Source of the DNA: Deltaproteobacteria bacterium
Lineage (GTDB): Bacteria > Desulfobacterota > Binatia > DP-6
Assembly (NCBI GenBank): GCA_005879205.1
Contig: VBLD01000086.1
Coordinates: forward strand, 1 to 33,020
Direction of reading: 5' to 3'
Length of the DNA stretch: 33,020 bases
Part shown: piece by piece, positions 17,456-26,009 of the stretch
Layout of the letters: the number at the start of each line of letters is the position of its first letter
Position numbering within the stretch: position 1 is the stretch's first letter
Program-made: the position numbers and the translations under genes
Notes under the pieces: generated by a model
The model's input: the letters and a program-made list of their open reading frames with translations, nothing else
The model's database searches: none
Told to the model about the DNA's origin: nothing

Positions 17456-18661
17456 ATGCGCCCCGAGACGGAGCTCGACGCCGGACACCGCCGCCTGCTC
17501 GGCCTCCTCGGCCTCGCCATCTTCTTCGAGGGCTACGGGCGCTCGATCGTGAGCGTCACGCTGCGGCCGATCGGGCAGGACCTCGGCGTGCCGGCACCCG
17601 AGCTCTCCTATGCGCTCGCGATCATCAGCGCAGGCGCGCTCGGCGTGCTCGTCCTCGGTCACCTGACCGACCGCTTCGGGCGCCGTCGGCTCCTGCTCGG
17701 CTGCGTCCTCCTCTACTCGCTGCTCGGCGCCGCGACGGCCACGGCCCGCACGCTGCCCGCGCTGGTGGTGTGGCAGGCAGCGGCGCGCATGTTCCAGGAG
17801 GGCGCCCTCTCCGCGGCCGTGGTCATCGCGGTCGAGGAGACGCCGGCGCTCCGGCGGGGCCTCGCGCAGGGCGTCCTCGGCGTCGCCAACTCGATCGGCT
17901 CGGGACTCGGGGCCTTCCTGCTCGGGTTCATCGGGCTCTTTCCCGGCGGCTGGCGCGGCCTCTGTCTGGTGAGCCTGTTGCCGGTCGGGCTCATTCCCTT
18001 TCTCCGGGGCGCGATCCCCGAGAGCCGCCGCTGGACCCTGCGCGCACCCCGCAGCCGGCAACTCCTGCCCCGCGCCTACCGGGGCCGCATGCTCGCCGGC
18101 CTGGCCGTCTTCTTTCTCGGCATGAGCTACGACGTCGCCGGCTTCGCCTTCACCGCGTTCTGGCCGATGAGCCGGCACGGGTGGTCCGCGGCCCGGACCA
18201 GCGCGCTGATCGTCGTCGCCGGCGGTGCGGGACTCCCCGGCTTCTGGTTCGGCGGCCGCCTCACCGACCGGGTGGGCCGTCGGCGCTCGGCCGCCCTCTT
18301 TCTCGTGGGGCTGGCGGCGGCCGAGGCCGTCTTCTTCCTCGGCGGGCCTGGCGCGCTCTGGCCGAGCTTCACCGCCATGGTGTTCTGCCAGGCCGGCAAG
18401 ACGACCGTCCTCCGCTCGTGGGCCCCGGAGCTCTTTCCGACGAGCCTGCGCGGGACGGCGTCGTCGCAGCTCGCCGCCGGAGGAGTGCTCGGTTCGATGG
18501 CGGGGCTCGCGGCGGCCGGAGCCCTCGGAGCAGCCCTCGCCGACATCGGCCTCGGGATCACGCTGGTCGCGAGCGCGGGCCTCGTCGCCGCCGTCCTGGC
18601 CTACTGCCTGCCGGAGACCGGCGGGCTCGAGCTCGAGACCGCCTCTCCCGAGGTACCGTGA
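17456..18661 (+). CDS. MFS transporter
   Basis: MFS motif A twice (GHLTDRFGRRR, GRLTDRVGRRR), PESRRW, ELFPTSLRG, LPET, and about 12 hydrophobic segments. Confidence 0.93.
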   Translation: MRPETELDAGHRRLLGLLGLAIFFEGYGRSIVSVTLRPIGQDLGVPAPELSYALAIISAGALGVLVLGHLTDRFGRRRLLLGCVLLYSLLGAATATARTLPALVVWQAAARMFQEGALSAAVVIAVEETPALRRGLAQGVLGVANSIGSGLGAFLLGFIGLFPGGWRGLCLVSLLPVGLIPFLRGAIPESRRWTLRAPRSRQLLPRAYRGRMLAGLAVFFLGMSYDVAGFAFTAFWPMSRHGWSAARTSALIVVAGGAGLPGFWFGGRLTDRVGRRRSAALFLVGLAAAEAVFFLGGPGALWPSFTAMVFCQAGKTTVLRSWAPELFPTSLRGTASSQLAAGGVLGSMAGLAAAGALGAALADIGLGITLVASAGLVAAVLAYCLPETGGLELETASPEVP

Positions 18662-18664
18662 GCG

Positions 18665-20179
18665 CTACCCGCCGAGCGCGGCGAGAAGCCCGGGCACGTC
18701 GGGAGATCCCCAGCCCGTGGTGAGGTCGTAGCCGCGATGCGCCCTGAAGCCGGGCCGTACCGCCGCGCCCCGGCGCACCGCGGTCGTGCCGTCCACCACG
18801 TCGTGAAAGACCCGCGGGCCGCCGTACCCCTGCTGCCGCCCGAGGCGATAGAGGGTGGGGTTCAGGAGCCCGAGCGGCCGACCTCGCGCCTCGCCGAGGA
18901 GCGCCACCACGCCGGCCCAGGCGGGCGCCGCGGCGCTCGTCCCACCGATGCAGCACACGACGCGCGAGCCCACGCCGATCGGGTAGTCGTCCGCCGGGGC
19001 CGCCACGTCGGGCACGGCGCGACCGACTCCTCTCCGCTGGTAGAAGGGCCGCGGGAAGAAGTTCGCGCGGCCGCCGCCGCTGGCCGTCGAGCCGGTGTTC
19101 CAGGCGCGCTCGCTCCCGTAGCCGACGGCATCGCCGGCGTCGTCGCGCAACGGCTGGACCTCCGTGCCGCCGACGGCCGTCACGTGCGGTGAGGCGGCCA
19201 GCACGTCGACCTCGCGCCGTCCGCAGCTGAAGGCTCCGGTATCGCCGGACGCCACCAGCACCGTCTGACCCTGGGCGGCGGCCTGCCGGAAGATGACGTC
19301 CGCGGCGCGGGCGAGCCGCTGCAGCACGGCGTGCGAGCTGCACACCGCCAGCGAGATGCTGACGACCGGCGCGGGGTTGACGTTGACCTGCCGGGCGAGA
19401 ATGAGGAAGAGGTCCGTCCCGCGTACCACCTCGATCTCCGCCGCCGGCGCCACCGCACCTGCCCAGGTGGCGTCGAGTGTCGCCTCGGTCCGGAACGGCC
19501 CCTGCCCGAGGCCGGGATCCTGGCCCGCCACGACGTCGCGCAGCGTCGTGGGCGGCAGGCCGAAAAAGGCGCGAAAGTTCGCCACCGCGTCCCCGTCTGC
19601 CTCACCGATGGCCGGAATGCTGATCCGCTGGCCGGCACCGGTGAGCGGGGCGACGGAAGGCGCATCGAGGCCGTAGATGCGCCGGAAGTCCGCGGGCGAG
19701 ATGTAGAACCGATTTCCCGGGGTGCGTGCTGCAGGGCGCACCGTGATCCGCGGAGCCGTACGGGCACCCTCGAGGCCGAGCACGTCGAGCGCACCGAGCT
19801 CCGCGGGCGGTCGCGGCGGACGCGAGCTCCGGAACCGGCCGTGCGCCCAGCCGAGGCGCACGCCGAAGGCCGCCTCCACCGCCGCGGGCGGCCCGTCGAA
19901 CTGGATCAGCGTGCGGTCTGCGAAGCGATGGCGCACCCGCAGGCCCTGCGCGCGGAGCCAGGCCGACGTGCGTCGGACCGACCGCGGGGATGCCCCGAAA
20001 CGCCGTCCGAATTCGTGCGGATCGACCCAGCGACGGTGGGGCCGGGTGATGAAGTGCTCGAGCCCGAGCGGGTTTCGGCCGTGAAGAACGAGCATCAGCG
20101 GCTGGGTGCGCTCCTGCGCACCGGCGACGCCGACGAGCAGGGACACGAATACCAGGGCAAGCAGTCCCACGCGGCGCAT
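18665..20179 (-). CDS. S53 family (sedolisin/kumamolisin-like) peptidase with prodomain, secreted
   Basis: Signal peptide from ATG 20179, prodomain, EATLD (Glu/Asp), SGDTG, GGTSAAAP (Ser) and calcium loop GYDLTTGWGSPD. Confidence 0.92.
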   Translation of the reverse strand: MRRVGLLALVFVSLLVGVAGAQERTQPLMLVLHGRNPLGLEHFITRPHRRWVDPHEFGRRFGASPRSVRRTSAWLRAQGLRVRHRFADRTLIQFDGPPAAVEAAFGVRLGWAHGRFRSSRPPRPPAELGALDVLGLEGARTAPRITVRPAARTPGNRFYISPADFRRIYGLDAPSVAPLTGAGQRISIPAIGEADGDAVANFRAFFGLPPTTLRDVVAGQDPGLGQGPFRTEATLDATWAGAVAPAAEIEVVRGTDLFLILARQVNVNPAPVVSISLAVCSSHAVLQRLARAADVIFRQAAAQGQTVLVASGDTGAFSCGRREVDVLAASPHVTAVGGTEVQPLRDDAGDAVGYGSERAWNTGSTASGGGRANFFPRPFYQRRGVGRAVPDVAAPADDYPIGVGSRVVCCIGGTSAAAPAWAGVVALLGEARGRPLGLLNPTLYRLGRQQGYGGPRVFHDVVDGTTAVRRGAAVRPGFRAHRGYDLTTGWGSPDVPGLLAALGG

Positions 20180-20186
20180 CCGGCGG

Positions 20187-20215
20187 ATAGTACGCGCGGT
20201 CGCCGGTCGCGCCAA
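20187..20215 (-). promoter_or_regulatory. sigma70-type promoter, leaderless, for the S53 peptidase
   Basis: TTGGCG (20215-20210), N17, TACTAT (20192-20187), N7, ATG 20179. Confidence 0.6.
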
Positions 20216-20282
20216 GACAAAAGTGGCCCCTTCCGCCCGGGAAAACCCCGAGCGCTCGGTGCGGAAAACCCGCTGTCCCGCC

Positions 20283-22133
20283 TCAGGCGCCCGCGGGCAT
20301 CCCCAGCCGCACACCCTCGGCGCTCACGATCCCGCCGCCCAGGTAGTGGCCGCGAGCCTCCTCGTCGGTGAGGACTTCGCGACGCGCTCCCGGCAACCGC
20401 CGCTGCCAGATGCCACCCAGCATCGGGTGACGGCCCGCGCGATAGCTGTAGTAGTAGTAGGCCCGCTGTCGCCACATCGCCGAGCGGGCCTCTCGGCCGA
20501 GGCCCGGCACCCGGTGCAGCGTGAGGAGCGAGCGCAGCGTGTTCCGGCCCGAATAGAAGGTGAGATACGCGTCCCGGTATGCCTGCACGACCTCGGCCGT
20601 CGTCATGCGCGGGTGGTGCGAGACCATGTGCTGCGAGTCGTAGTTGTTGAAGTCCCAGTCGAGGATCGTGCCGTCGCGCACCGCACGGTCGTGGTCCTCG
20701 GTGCCCGGCAGCGGCGTGACGACGAAGAACGAAGCCAGGTCGACGCCCACCTCGAGCAGCCACTCGGCGGACTGCCGCCCGCACTCGGGCCCGTCGAAGG
20801 GAAACCCGATCATGTAGCCGCAGTGGACCGCCACGCCGTGACGGTGCCAGTTGTGGACGACCCGCCGGTACTTCTCCTTGACGGCGGCGAGCGCCCCGTC
20901 CGCCGCCTCGTCCTTACGGCGCCGGTGCTCCTTCTCGAGGTTCTGGACCTTCGTCGTGGCCAGCAGGTTCTGCGGGTTGAAGGTCTCGAAGCCGACGAAC
21001 GCCGAGTAGCAGCCCGCCGCGGCGGAGAGCTCGAGGAACCGCTCGCACTTCCGGCGCTGTGACGACGGCGATTCGCCGGGCCCGAGCGCGCCGAAGGCAG
21101 CCGCCTCGGCGTCCACCTGCATCATGAAGGTGAGCTCGTGCCCGTCGCGGCGGTACGCGGCCATGCCTTCGAGGATGGGCTCCCAGGTGGGGCTCCGGAA
21201 GAAGTCGTCGTCGACGATGAAGAGCGAGCGGATGCCGTGGTGATCGCCGGCGTCGCGAATCCAGCGTACCACCGCCTCGGGATCGCGGGCCCGCATCGTT
21301 CGCCCCATGACGTTCTTCACGCTGCAGTAGGAGCAGGTGAAGGGACAGCCGCGCGACGTGTCGAGCGTCGTCATGTTGGACGACGCGAAGCGGTGGAGGT
21401 AAGGGTCGCTGATCGCCGGGAGCTGCGCGCCGGTGATCACCGGCACGGTGATCTCTCCGGAGCCGGTCTTGGCACGGATGCCGTCGGTGACGCTGTAGCT
21501 CGGCCGCAGCTCGCCCCGGAGATAGTCGTCGAGCAGCTCGCACCAGATCGTCTCGGCCTCGCCGACGACCGTCGTGATGCCGCAGTCCTCGAGGAACACA
21601 CGGGTCTCGGGATGGCCGCTCACGTGGAAGCCGCCGAACAGCACCGGGAACCCGGCGCGGCGGAACTGAAACGCGAGGTCCCGCCCGCGCGGGTACTGGT
21701 TGGTCTGCACGCCGGCGAGACCGACGACGACTTCGACCCCGTCCTCGAGCGCCTTCTCCTGGATGGCGCGGATGGTGGCGGGAAGAATCGGGCCATCCAC
21801 CTGCTCGTCCCAGATGACCGTTTCGAGGTAGACGCCCTGATCGCGGCGCAGCTGGTTGTAGGTGTCGTTGAGAGCCGCCAGGACCGTGAGCGTGTTGTTC
21901 GGCAGCACGCCCTTCCAGAACCACTGCACCCACCCCGCGTCGTCGTACTTCGACGGCTTGATGAAATACACGCGGAGCGTTCGGCAGACGATCGCATCGG
22001 GGCGGAGCGGCACCGCAGTCGGAAGGGCATCGGCCACGGCCCCGAGCTCGCCTGCGGCGCTCGCGGCACGGCGAAAGACGACCCAGACAAAGACGGCGAC
22101 GGCGCCGCCAAAGGCGGCCACGAGCACGGACAT
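20283..22133 (-). CDS. B12-binding-type radical SAM protein with N-terminal hydrophobic anchor
   Basis: CPFTCSYC in SRGCPF context, GGFHVSG and GEAE (cobalamin-domain-like), FIVDDDF, GFE, MIGFPFD, TPLPGT. ATG 22133 with AAGGAGG RBS. Confidence 0.9.
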   Translation of the reverse strand: MSVLVAAFGGAVAVFVWVVFRRAASAAGELGAVADALPTAVPLRPDAIVCRTLRVYFIKPSKYDDAGWVQWFWKGVLPNNTLTVLAALNDTYNQLRRDQGVYLETVIWDEQVDGPILPATIRAIQEKALEDGVEVVVGLAGVQTNQYPRGRDLAFQFRRAGFPVLFGGFHVSGHPETRVFLEDCGITTVVGEAETIWCELLDDYLRGELRPSYSVTDGIRAKTGSGEITVPVITGAQLPAISDPYLHRFASSNMTTLDTSRGCPFTCSYCSVKNVMGRTMRARDPEAVVRWIRDAGDHHGIRSLFIVDDDFFRSPTWEPILEGMAAYRRDGHELTFMMQVDAEAAAFGALGPGESPSSQRRKCERFLELSAAAGCYSAFVGFETFNPQNLLATTKVQNLEKEHRRRKDEAADGALAAVKEKYRRVVHNWHRHGVAVHCGYMIGFPFDGPECGRQSAEWLLEVGVDLASFFVVTPLPGTEDHDRAVRDGTILDWDFNNYDSQHMVSHHPRMTTAEVVQAYRDAYLTFYSGRNTLRSLLTLHRVPGLGREARSAMWRQRAYYYYSYRAGRHPMLGGIWQRRLPGARREVLTDEEARGHYLGGGIVSAEGVRLGMPAGA

Positions 22134-22177
22134 GGGAGGCCTCCTTGCGTTGCGAGACGCAATGACGCGACGCGGGT

Positions 22178-22207
22178 CTTGTAGCGAGGCTTTGCGCACG
22201 GTGTCAA
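22178..22207 (-). promoter_or_regulatory. sigma70-type promoter for the radical SAM gene
   Basis: TTGACA (22207-22202), N18, TACAAG (22183-22178). Confidence 0.55.
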
Positions 22208-22385
22208 TGCCTCGCTCGACCTCTACCGCGCTGCAGCACGAGACGTCAGCAGATAGAAAATCAAACTAGCGGCTTTGCGCCCCGGGCGCTTTGCCCCTGC
22301 ACAGATCTGCACGCGACCGAAACATTCTCGGCGCGTCGCCCTCCGGTATCGTCGCCGGCCCAACGGCGTGATCAGCACCCCGCGC

Positions 22386-22401
22386 TGGCACGCTTTAAGC
22401 A
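22386..22401 (+). promoter_or_regulatory. sigma54 (-24/-12) promoter upstream of the TIR gene
   Basis: CTGGCACGCTTTAAGCA: TGGCACG with GG-N10-GC spacing, intergenic, 38 nt before ATG 22439. Confidence 0.7.
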
Positions 22402-22438
22402 CCCTTACCCCGGCGACCTTCGCATCGTTCGAGGCGCC

Positions 22439-23263
22439 ATGCCCGCGCTGTCACCGCCGTTTCGTGCGCATCTGACGAGACCTCGAGTCCACGCGATCCT
22501 CGTCCTGGATCAGATCCGGCAGGGCCACCGGCTCGTCGGGCAGCTCACGCGCCAGGACGAGCTGCACGGCGCGGAGGACGAGTACTACGCCTGGCACGAC
22601 TACAACCAGCATCTGCTGGGGCTCCTGCTCTCCCGGCGCGACGTCCTCCAGACCTATCTTCGCGCGGCCGTCCGGCCGACGCCGCCGCGAGGTCCGACGG
22701 GCGGAGGCGGACTCCTCGACGGTCTGAGGACGGAGATCCGGGCGCTCGAGTCGGTCGCCGAGCGTCTGGGCGTTGCTCCGCTCCTGCTCGGCTCGGAGCC
22801 CGCCGGGGCACCAGCACCGCGCACGACGGTGTTGCTCGTCCACGGGCGGAACGTGGCGGTCAAGGAGACGGTGGCGCGCTTCCTCATGCGGCTCGGCCTC
22901 GAGCCGATCCTGCTCGACGAGGAGGCGGCTCACGGCCGGACGCTCATGGAGAAGCTCGAAGCGTATTCCCGCGTGTCCTTTGCCGTCGTCCTGCTCACCG
23001 CCGACGACCTCGGCGCGCTCGTCTCGGAACGTCGAAGCCTCCGACCGCGCGCTCGTCAGAACGTGATCTTCGAGCTCGGCTTCTCGTTCGCCAACCTCAC
23101 GCGGCGTCGGGTGTGCGCGCTCTACGAAGAGGGAGTCGAGCTGCCCTCCGACGTGCACGGCGTCGAGTACCAGCTCTTGGACGCCGCCGGCGTCTGGAAG
23201 TCGCGCCTCGCCCGCGAGCTGCACGCCGCCGGCTTGGAGTTCGACCCGATGAAGGTGCTCTGA
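22439..23263 (+). CDS. TIR-domain protein of the CAP12/Pycsar-effector type (predicted nucleotide-binding protein with TIR-like domain)
   Basis: VLLVHGR, LGLEPILL, GRTLMEKLE, FAVVLLTADD, RARQNVIFELG (catalytic Glu present), ELPSDVHGVEY, W-x3-L-x-REL; about 125-aa helical N-terminal domain. Confidence 0.9.
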   Translation: MPALSPPFRAHLTRPRVHAILVLDQIRQGHRLVGQLTRQDELHGAEDEYYAWHDYNQHLLGLLLSRRDVLQTYLRAAVRPTPPRGPTGGGGLLDGLRTEIRALESVAERLGVAPLLLGSEPAGAPAPRTTVLLVHGRNVAVKETVARFLMRLGLEPILLDEEAAHGRTLMEKLEAYSRVSFAVVLLTADDLGALVSERRSLRPRARQNVIFELGFSFANLTRRRVCALYEEGVELPSDVHGVEYQLLDAAGVWKSRLARELHAAGLEFDPMKVL

Positions 23264-23273
23264 CGGGCGGGCC

Positions 23274-23310
23274 GGCGGGAAGGGGCGCCCCCGCGGCGCC
23301 CCTTCCCGCC
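23274..23310. terminator. Perfect 16-bp hairpin between convergent genes (terminator-like/REP-like)
   Basis: GGCGGGAAGGGGCGCC-cccgc-GGCGCCCCTTCCCGCC, 10 nt after the TIR stop; no U-tract. Confidence 0.6.
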
Positions 23311-23370
23311 CCGCACGCCGGTGGCGCATCGAGCGCCGAGACGGCCGGCGGCGTGTACCGCGGCGCCCTC

Positions 23371-23500
23371 GCGGGAGCGGGGACGCCGGATCGGCGACCT
23401 CCGCAGCCTCCGCGCGCGCCTGCAGATTCGGGGGGACGCCTCAAGTCCGAGGCGCGCGTGAGGCGAGGACCGGGAGCCGAGCCGGCGTCCCCGCTCCTGC
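23371..23500. repeat. 130-bp palindromic intergenic element (MITE/REP-like or structured RNA)
   Basis: Terminal inverted repeats 23371-23389 and 23482-23500 (18/19 match), inner arms 23391-23395/23476-23480 and 23406-23421/23450-23464. Part of it recurs inverted at 31788-31821. Confidence 0.7.
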
Positions 23501-23523
23501 GCACCGACGCCGCGATAACACGC

Positions 23524-25944
23524 TCAGTGATACATCTCGAGCAGCTCGATGAGCCCGAGGCTCTTCATGCTGTCGAAGAGGTAGCCCTTCACCTCCTTGA
23601 CGGTCCCCATCGACGTCACGTCGCGCGCGATGGCGCGCGCGGCGGAGTAGGAGACGGAGCGGACGATCCGCTTGATCACGGGGATGAAGAACGGCCCCAT
23701 GGAGAGGTCGTCGAGGCCGAGTCCGAGGAGCACGATCGTGCAGAGGGGGTCGGCGGCCATCTCGCCGCACATGCCGGCCCACTTGCCGGCTCCCTTGGCC
23801 GCCTGCACCGTCTCGTGGATCGCCGACAGCACCGCGGGGTGCAGGGGCTCGTAGAGCTGCGCGACCTTCCGGTTGTTCCGATCCACCGCGAGCAGGTACT
23901 GGATCAGGTCGTTCGTACCGATCGAGAAGAAGTCCACCTCACGGATGAGCCGCGTGGCGAGCCAGACCGCCGAGGGGGTCTCGACCATCATGCCGATCGG
24001 CATGTTCGCGTCGAAGTCGCGACCCTCGCGGCGGAGCTCCTCCTTGGCCTCCTCGAGCAACTCCTTCGCGCGCCGGATCTCCTCGAGGCTCGAGATCATC
24101 GGGAACAGGAGCCGCAGGCGTCCGAGCGTTCCCGCACGCAGGATGGCACGGAGCTGGACCTTGAACAGATCCGGCATCTCGAGCGAGATGCGGATCGACC
24201 GCCAGCCGAGAAACGGGTTCTCCTCGCGCGGCAGCCGCATGTAGCCCGGGTACTTGTCCGCACCGACGTCGAGCGTGCGAATGGTGACCGGGCGGCCTTC
24301 CATGCCGCGCACCAGGCGCGCGTAGAGGAGGTACTGCTCCTCCTCGTCGGGAAACTCGCGGTAGGTGATGAACGGGAACTCGGTGCGGTAGAGCCCGATG
24401 CCCTCGGCCCCGTGCCGGTGGGCGAACATGAGATCGGCGAGCAGGCCGATGTTGGCGTACATCGAGACCCGCCGGCCGTCGGGCGACTCCGCGGGAAGGT
24501 TCCGGAGGCTCTCGAGCTCGCGGTTGAACGCGCGGTACTCGCGGTCGATCCGCTCGTACTCGCGGGTCACGTCGGCGGCGGGATTGACGTACACCACGCC
24601 CGAGTTGCCGTCGACGATCAGCTCGTCGCCCTCGTGCACCGTCTCGGTGAGATGCTCGACGCCGACCACGGTGGGGATCTCGAACGACTTGGCGAGAATC
24701 GTGGCGTGCGACGTGACGCCGCCGGTGGCGAGCACGATCGCGCAGAGGTGCTGGTGCTCGATCATCGACAGGTCGGAGAGCGTCAGCTCCTGGGCCACCA
24801 GCACGCTGTCCTTCGCGAGCGGGTGCTCCGGCTCCTCGATGCCGAGGAGGTTGCGCAAGATGCGCAGTCCCACGTCCTTCATATCCACGACGCGGTCGCG
24901 AAGGTAGCCGGCCGACATGCGCTCGAAGGCGTCCAGGTACTCGTCGACGACGCGCTTGAGGGCCGCCTCCGCGACCAGCCCGTCGGCGATCATCTCCTCG
25001 ACCTTCTTCGTGAAGCTCCGGTCCTCGAGCATCATGCGGTGCGCGTCGATGATGCTCCAGTCGAACTCCGGGAGGCGGGTGGCGAGCCGCCCGCGCAGGC
25101 TCTCGAGCTCCACCGCCGACTCGGCGATCGCCCGCCAGAAGCGCTCGCGCTCGGCCTCGGGGGCGTCGGAGCGGCGCTCCTCGACCAGCGCGAAGCTGAC
25201 CGGAGGCTGGAGGAGGTGCACCCGGCCGTGGCCGAACCCGGGCACGGCCGGCAGCCCGGCCAGCCGCGCCTGACCGCGACCACGCGCGGCGGCATCGGTC
25301 CGCTCGGCCGTCTTCTCGTAGGCCTGCAGCCGCTTGATCGCCGCGACCATCCGCCGGCGGTACTCACGGCGCTCCTTCTCCTTGGACTTCAGATCCTCGA
25401 GCAGGCGCGCCTGGACGATGATGCCGCCCACCTGGACGGCGATCGCGCGCAGCACGCGCATCTCGTGGCCGGAGAACCGCCGACGGCGGAGCGTCTGCAC
25501 GACGAGCACGCCCATCGGCGTGGCGCGCTCGGCGATCGGCACGCCGACGAAGGAGTGGTATTTCTCCTCGCCGGTCTCGGGAAAGTACTTGTAGCGGGGG
25601 TGAGCGATGGCGTCGACGACCATCACCGGATCGCCCTTCTCGATGACCATGCCGGTGAGACCTTCCTCGACTCTCATGGTGACCTTGCCGATCGCGCTCT
25701 TCTCGAGGCCGGTCGTGGCCCACAGGGTCAGGCGCTGGGCGCGCGGGTCGAGGATGTAGAGCGAGCACACCTCCGTCCCCATGCGCTCGGCGACGACCTC
25801 GACGATGCGCTGGAGGGTCTCCTTCAGGTCCTCGGAGCGCGCGGTGATCGCGCTCACGTCCTCGAGGACGGTGAAGGCGTGGGTGCGCCCGGGCTTCGCC
25901 CGGCTCGGGCGGGAACGGCGGCCCTTGCGCGTCTCGGCCTCCAT
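23524..25944 (-). CDS. ptsP: Phosphoenolpyruvate-protein phosphotransferase with N-terminal GAF domain (EI-Ntr)
   Basis: GAF (EVCSLY...FPETGEEKYHSFVGVPI), phospho-His motif GGVTSHATI, GIGLYRTEF, EENPFLGWRSIR, DFFSIGTNDLIQY, CGEMA; likely ATG 25944. Confidence 0.96.
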   Translation of the reverse strand: MEAETRKGRRSRPSRAKPGRTHAFTVLEDVSAITARSEDLKETLQRIVEVVAERMGTEVCSLYILDPRAQRLTLWATTGLEKSAIGKVTMRVEEGLTGMVIEKGDPVMVVDAIAHPRYKYFPETGEEKYHSFVGVPIAERATPMGVLVVQTLRRRRFSGHEMRVLRAIAVQVGGIIVQARLLEDLKSKEKERREYRRRMVAAIKRLQAYEKTAERTDAAARGRGQARLAGLPAVPGFGHGRVHLLQPPVSFALVEERRSDAPEAERERFWRAIAESAVELESLRGRLATRLPEFDWSIIDAHRMMLEDRSFTKKVEEMIADGLVAEAALKRVVDEYLDAFERMSAGYLRDRVVDMKDVGLRILRNLLGIEEPEHPLAKDSVLVAQELTLSDLSMIEHQHLCAIVLATGGVTSHATILAKSFEIPTVVGVEHLTETVHEGDELIVDGNSGVVYVNPAADVTREYERIDREYRAFNRELESLRNLPAESPDGRRVSMYANIGLLADLMFAHRHGAEGIGLYRTEFPFITYREFPDEEEQYLLYARLVRGMEGRPVTIRTLDVGADKYPGYMRLPREENPFLGWRSIRISLEMPDLFKVQLRAILRAGTLGRLRLLFPMISSLEEIRRAKELLEEAKEELRREGRDFDANMPIGMMVETPSAVWLATRLIREVDFFSIGTNDLIQYLLAVDRNNRKVAQLYEPLHPAVLSAIHETVQAAKGAGKWAGMCGEMAADPLCTIVLLGLGLDDLSMGPFFIPVIKRIVRSVSYSAARAIARDVTSMGTVKEVKGYLFDSMKSLGLIELLEMYH

Positions 25945-26009
25945 GGGCCGGCTGATCTTAGCGGGAGCCCCTCCGGGGGACAACGGAGGTCGCGCGTCGG
26001 CCGGTCAGG

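Noticed and set aside
22134-22438. Cobalamin riboswitch upstream of the B12-radical SAM gene
   Set aside because: No B12-box or other conserved riboswitch elements recognised. The predicted leader is only about 40 nt, and the region is explained by divergent sigma70 and sigma54 promoters.
22439-23500. Complete CBASS/Pycsar/Thoeris defence island or mobile element around the TIR gene
   Set aside because: No cyclase, ThsA, integrase, transposase, tRNA or compositional shift; the neighbours are housekeeping genes.
23264-23523. CRISPR array, tRNA or known ncRNA (6S, SRP, tmRNA) in the structured intergenic region
   Set aside because: No regularly spaced direct repeats, no cloverleaf or T-loop, and no SRP or 6S hallmarks recognised by eye; an Rfam search would be needed to exclude fully.
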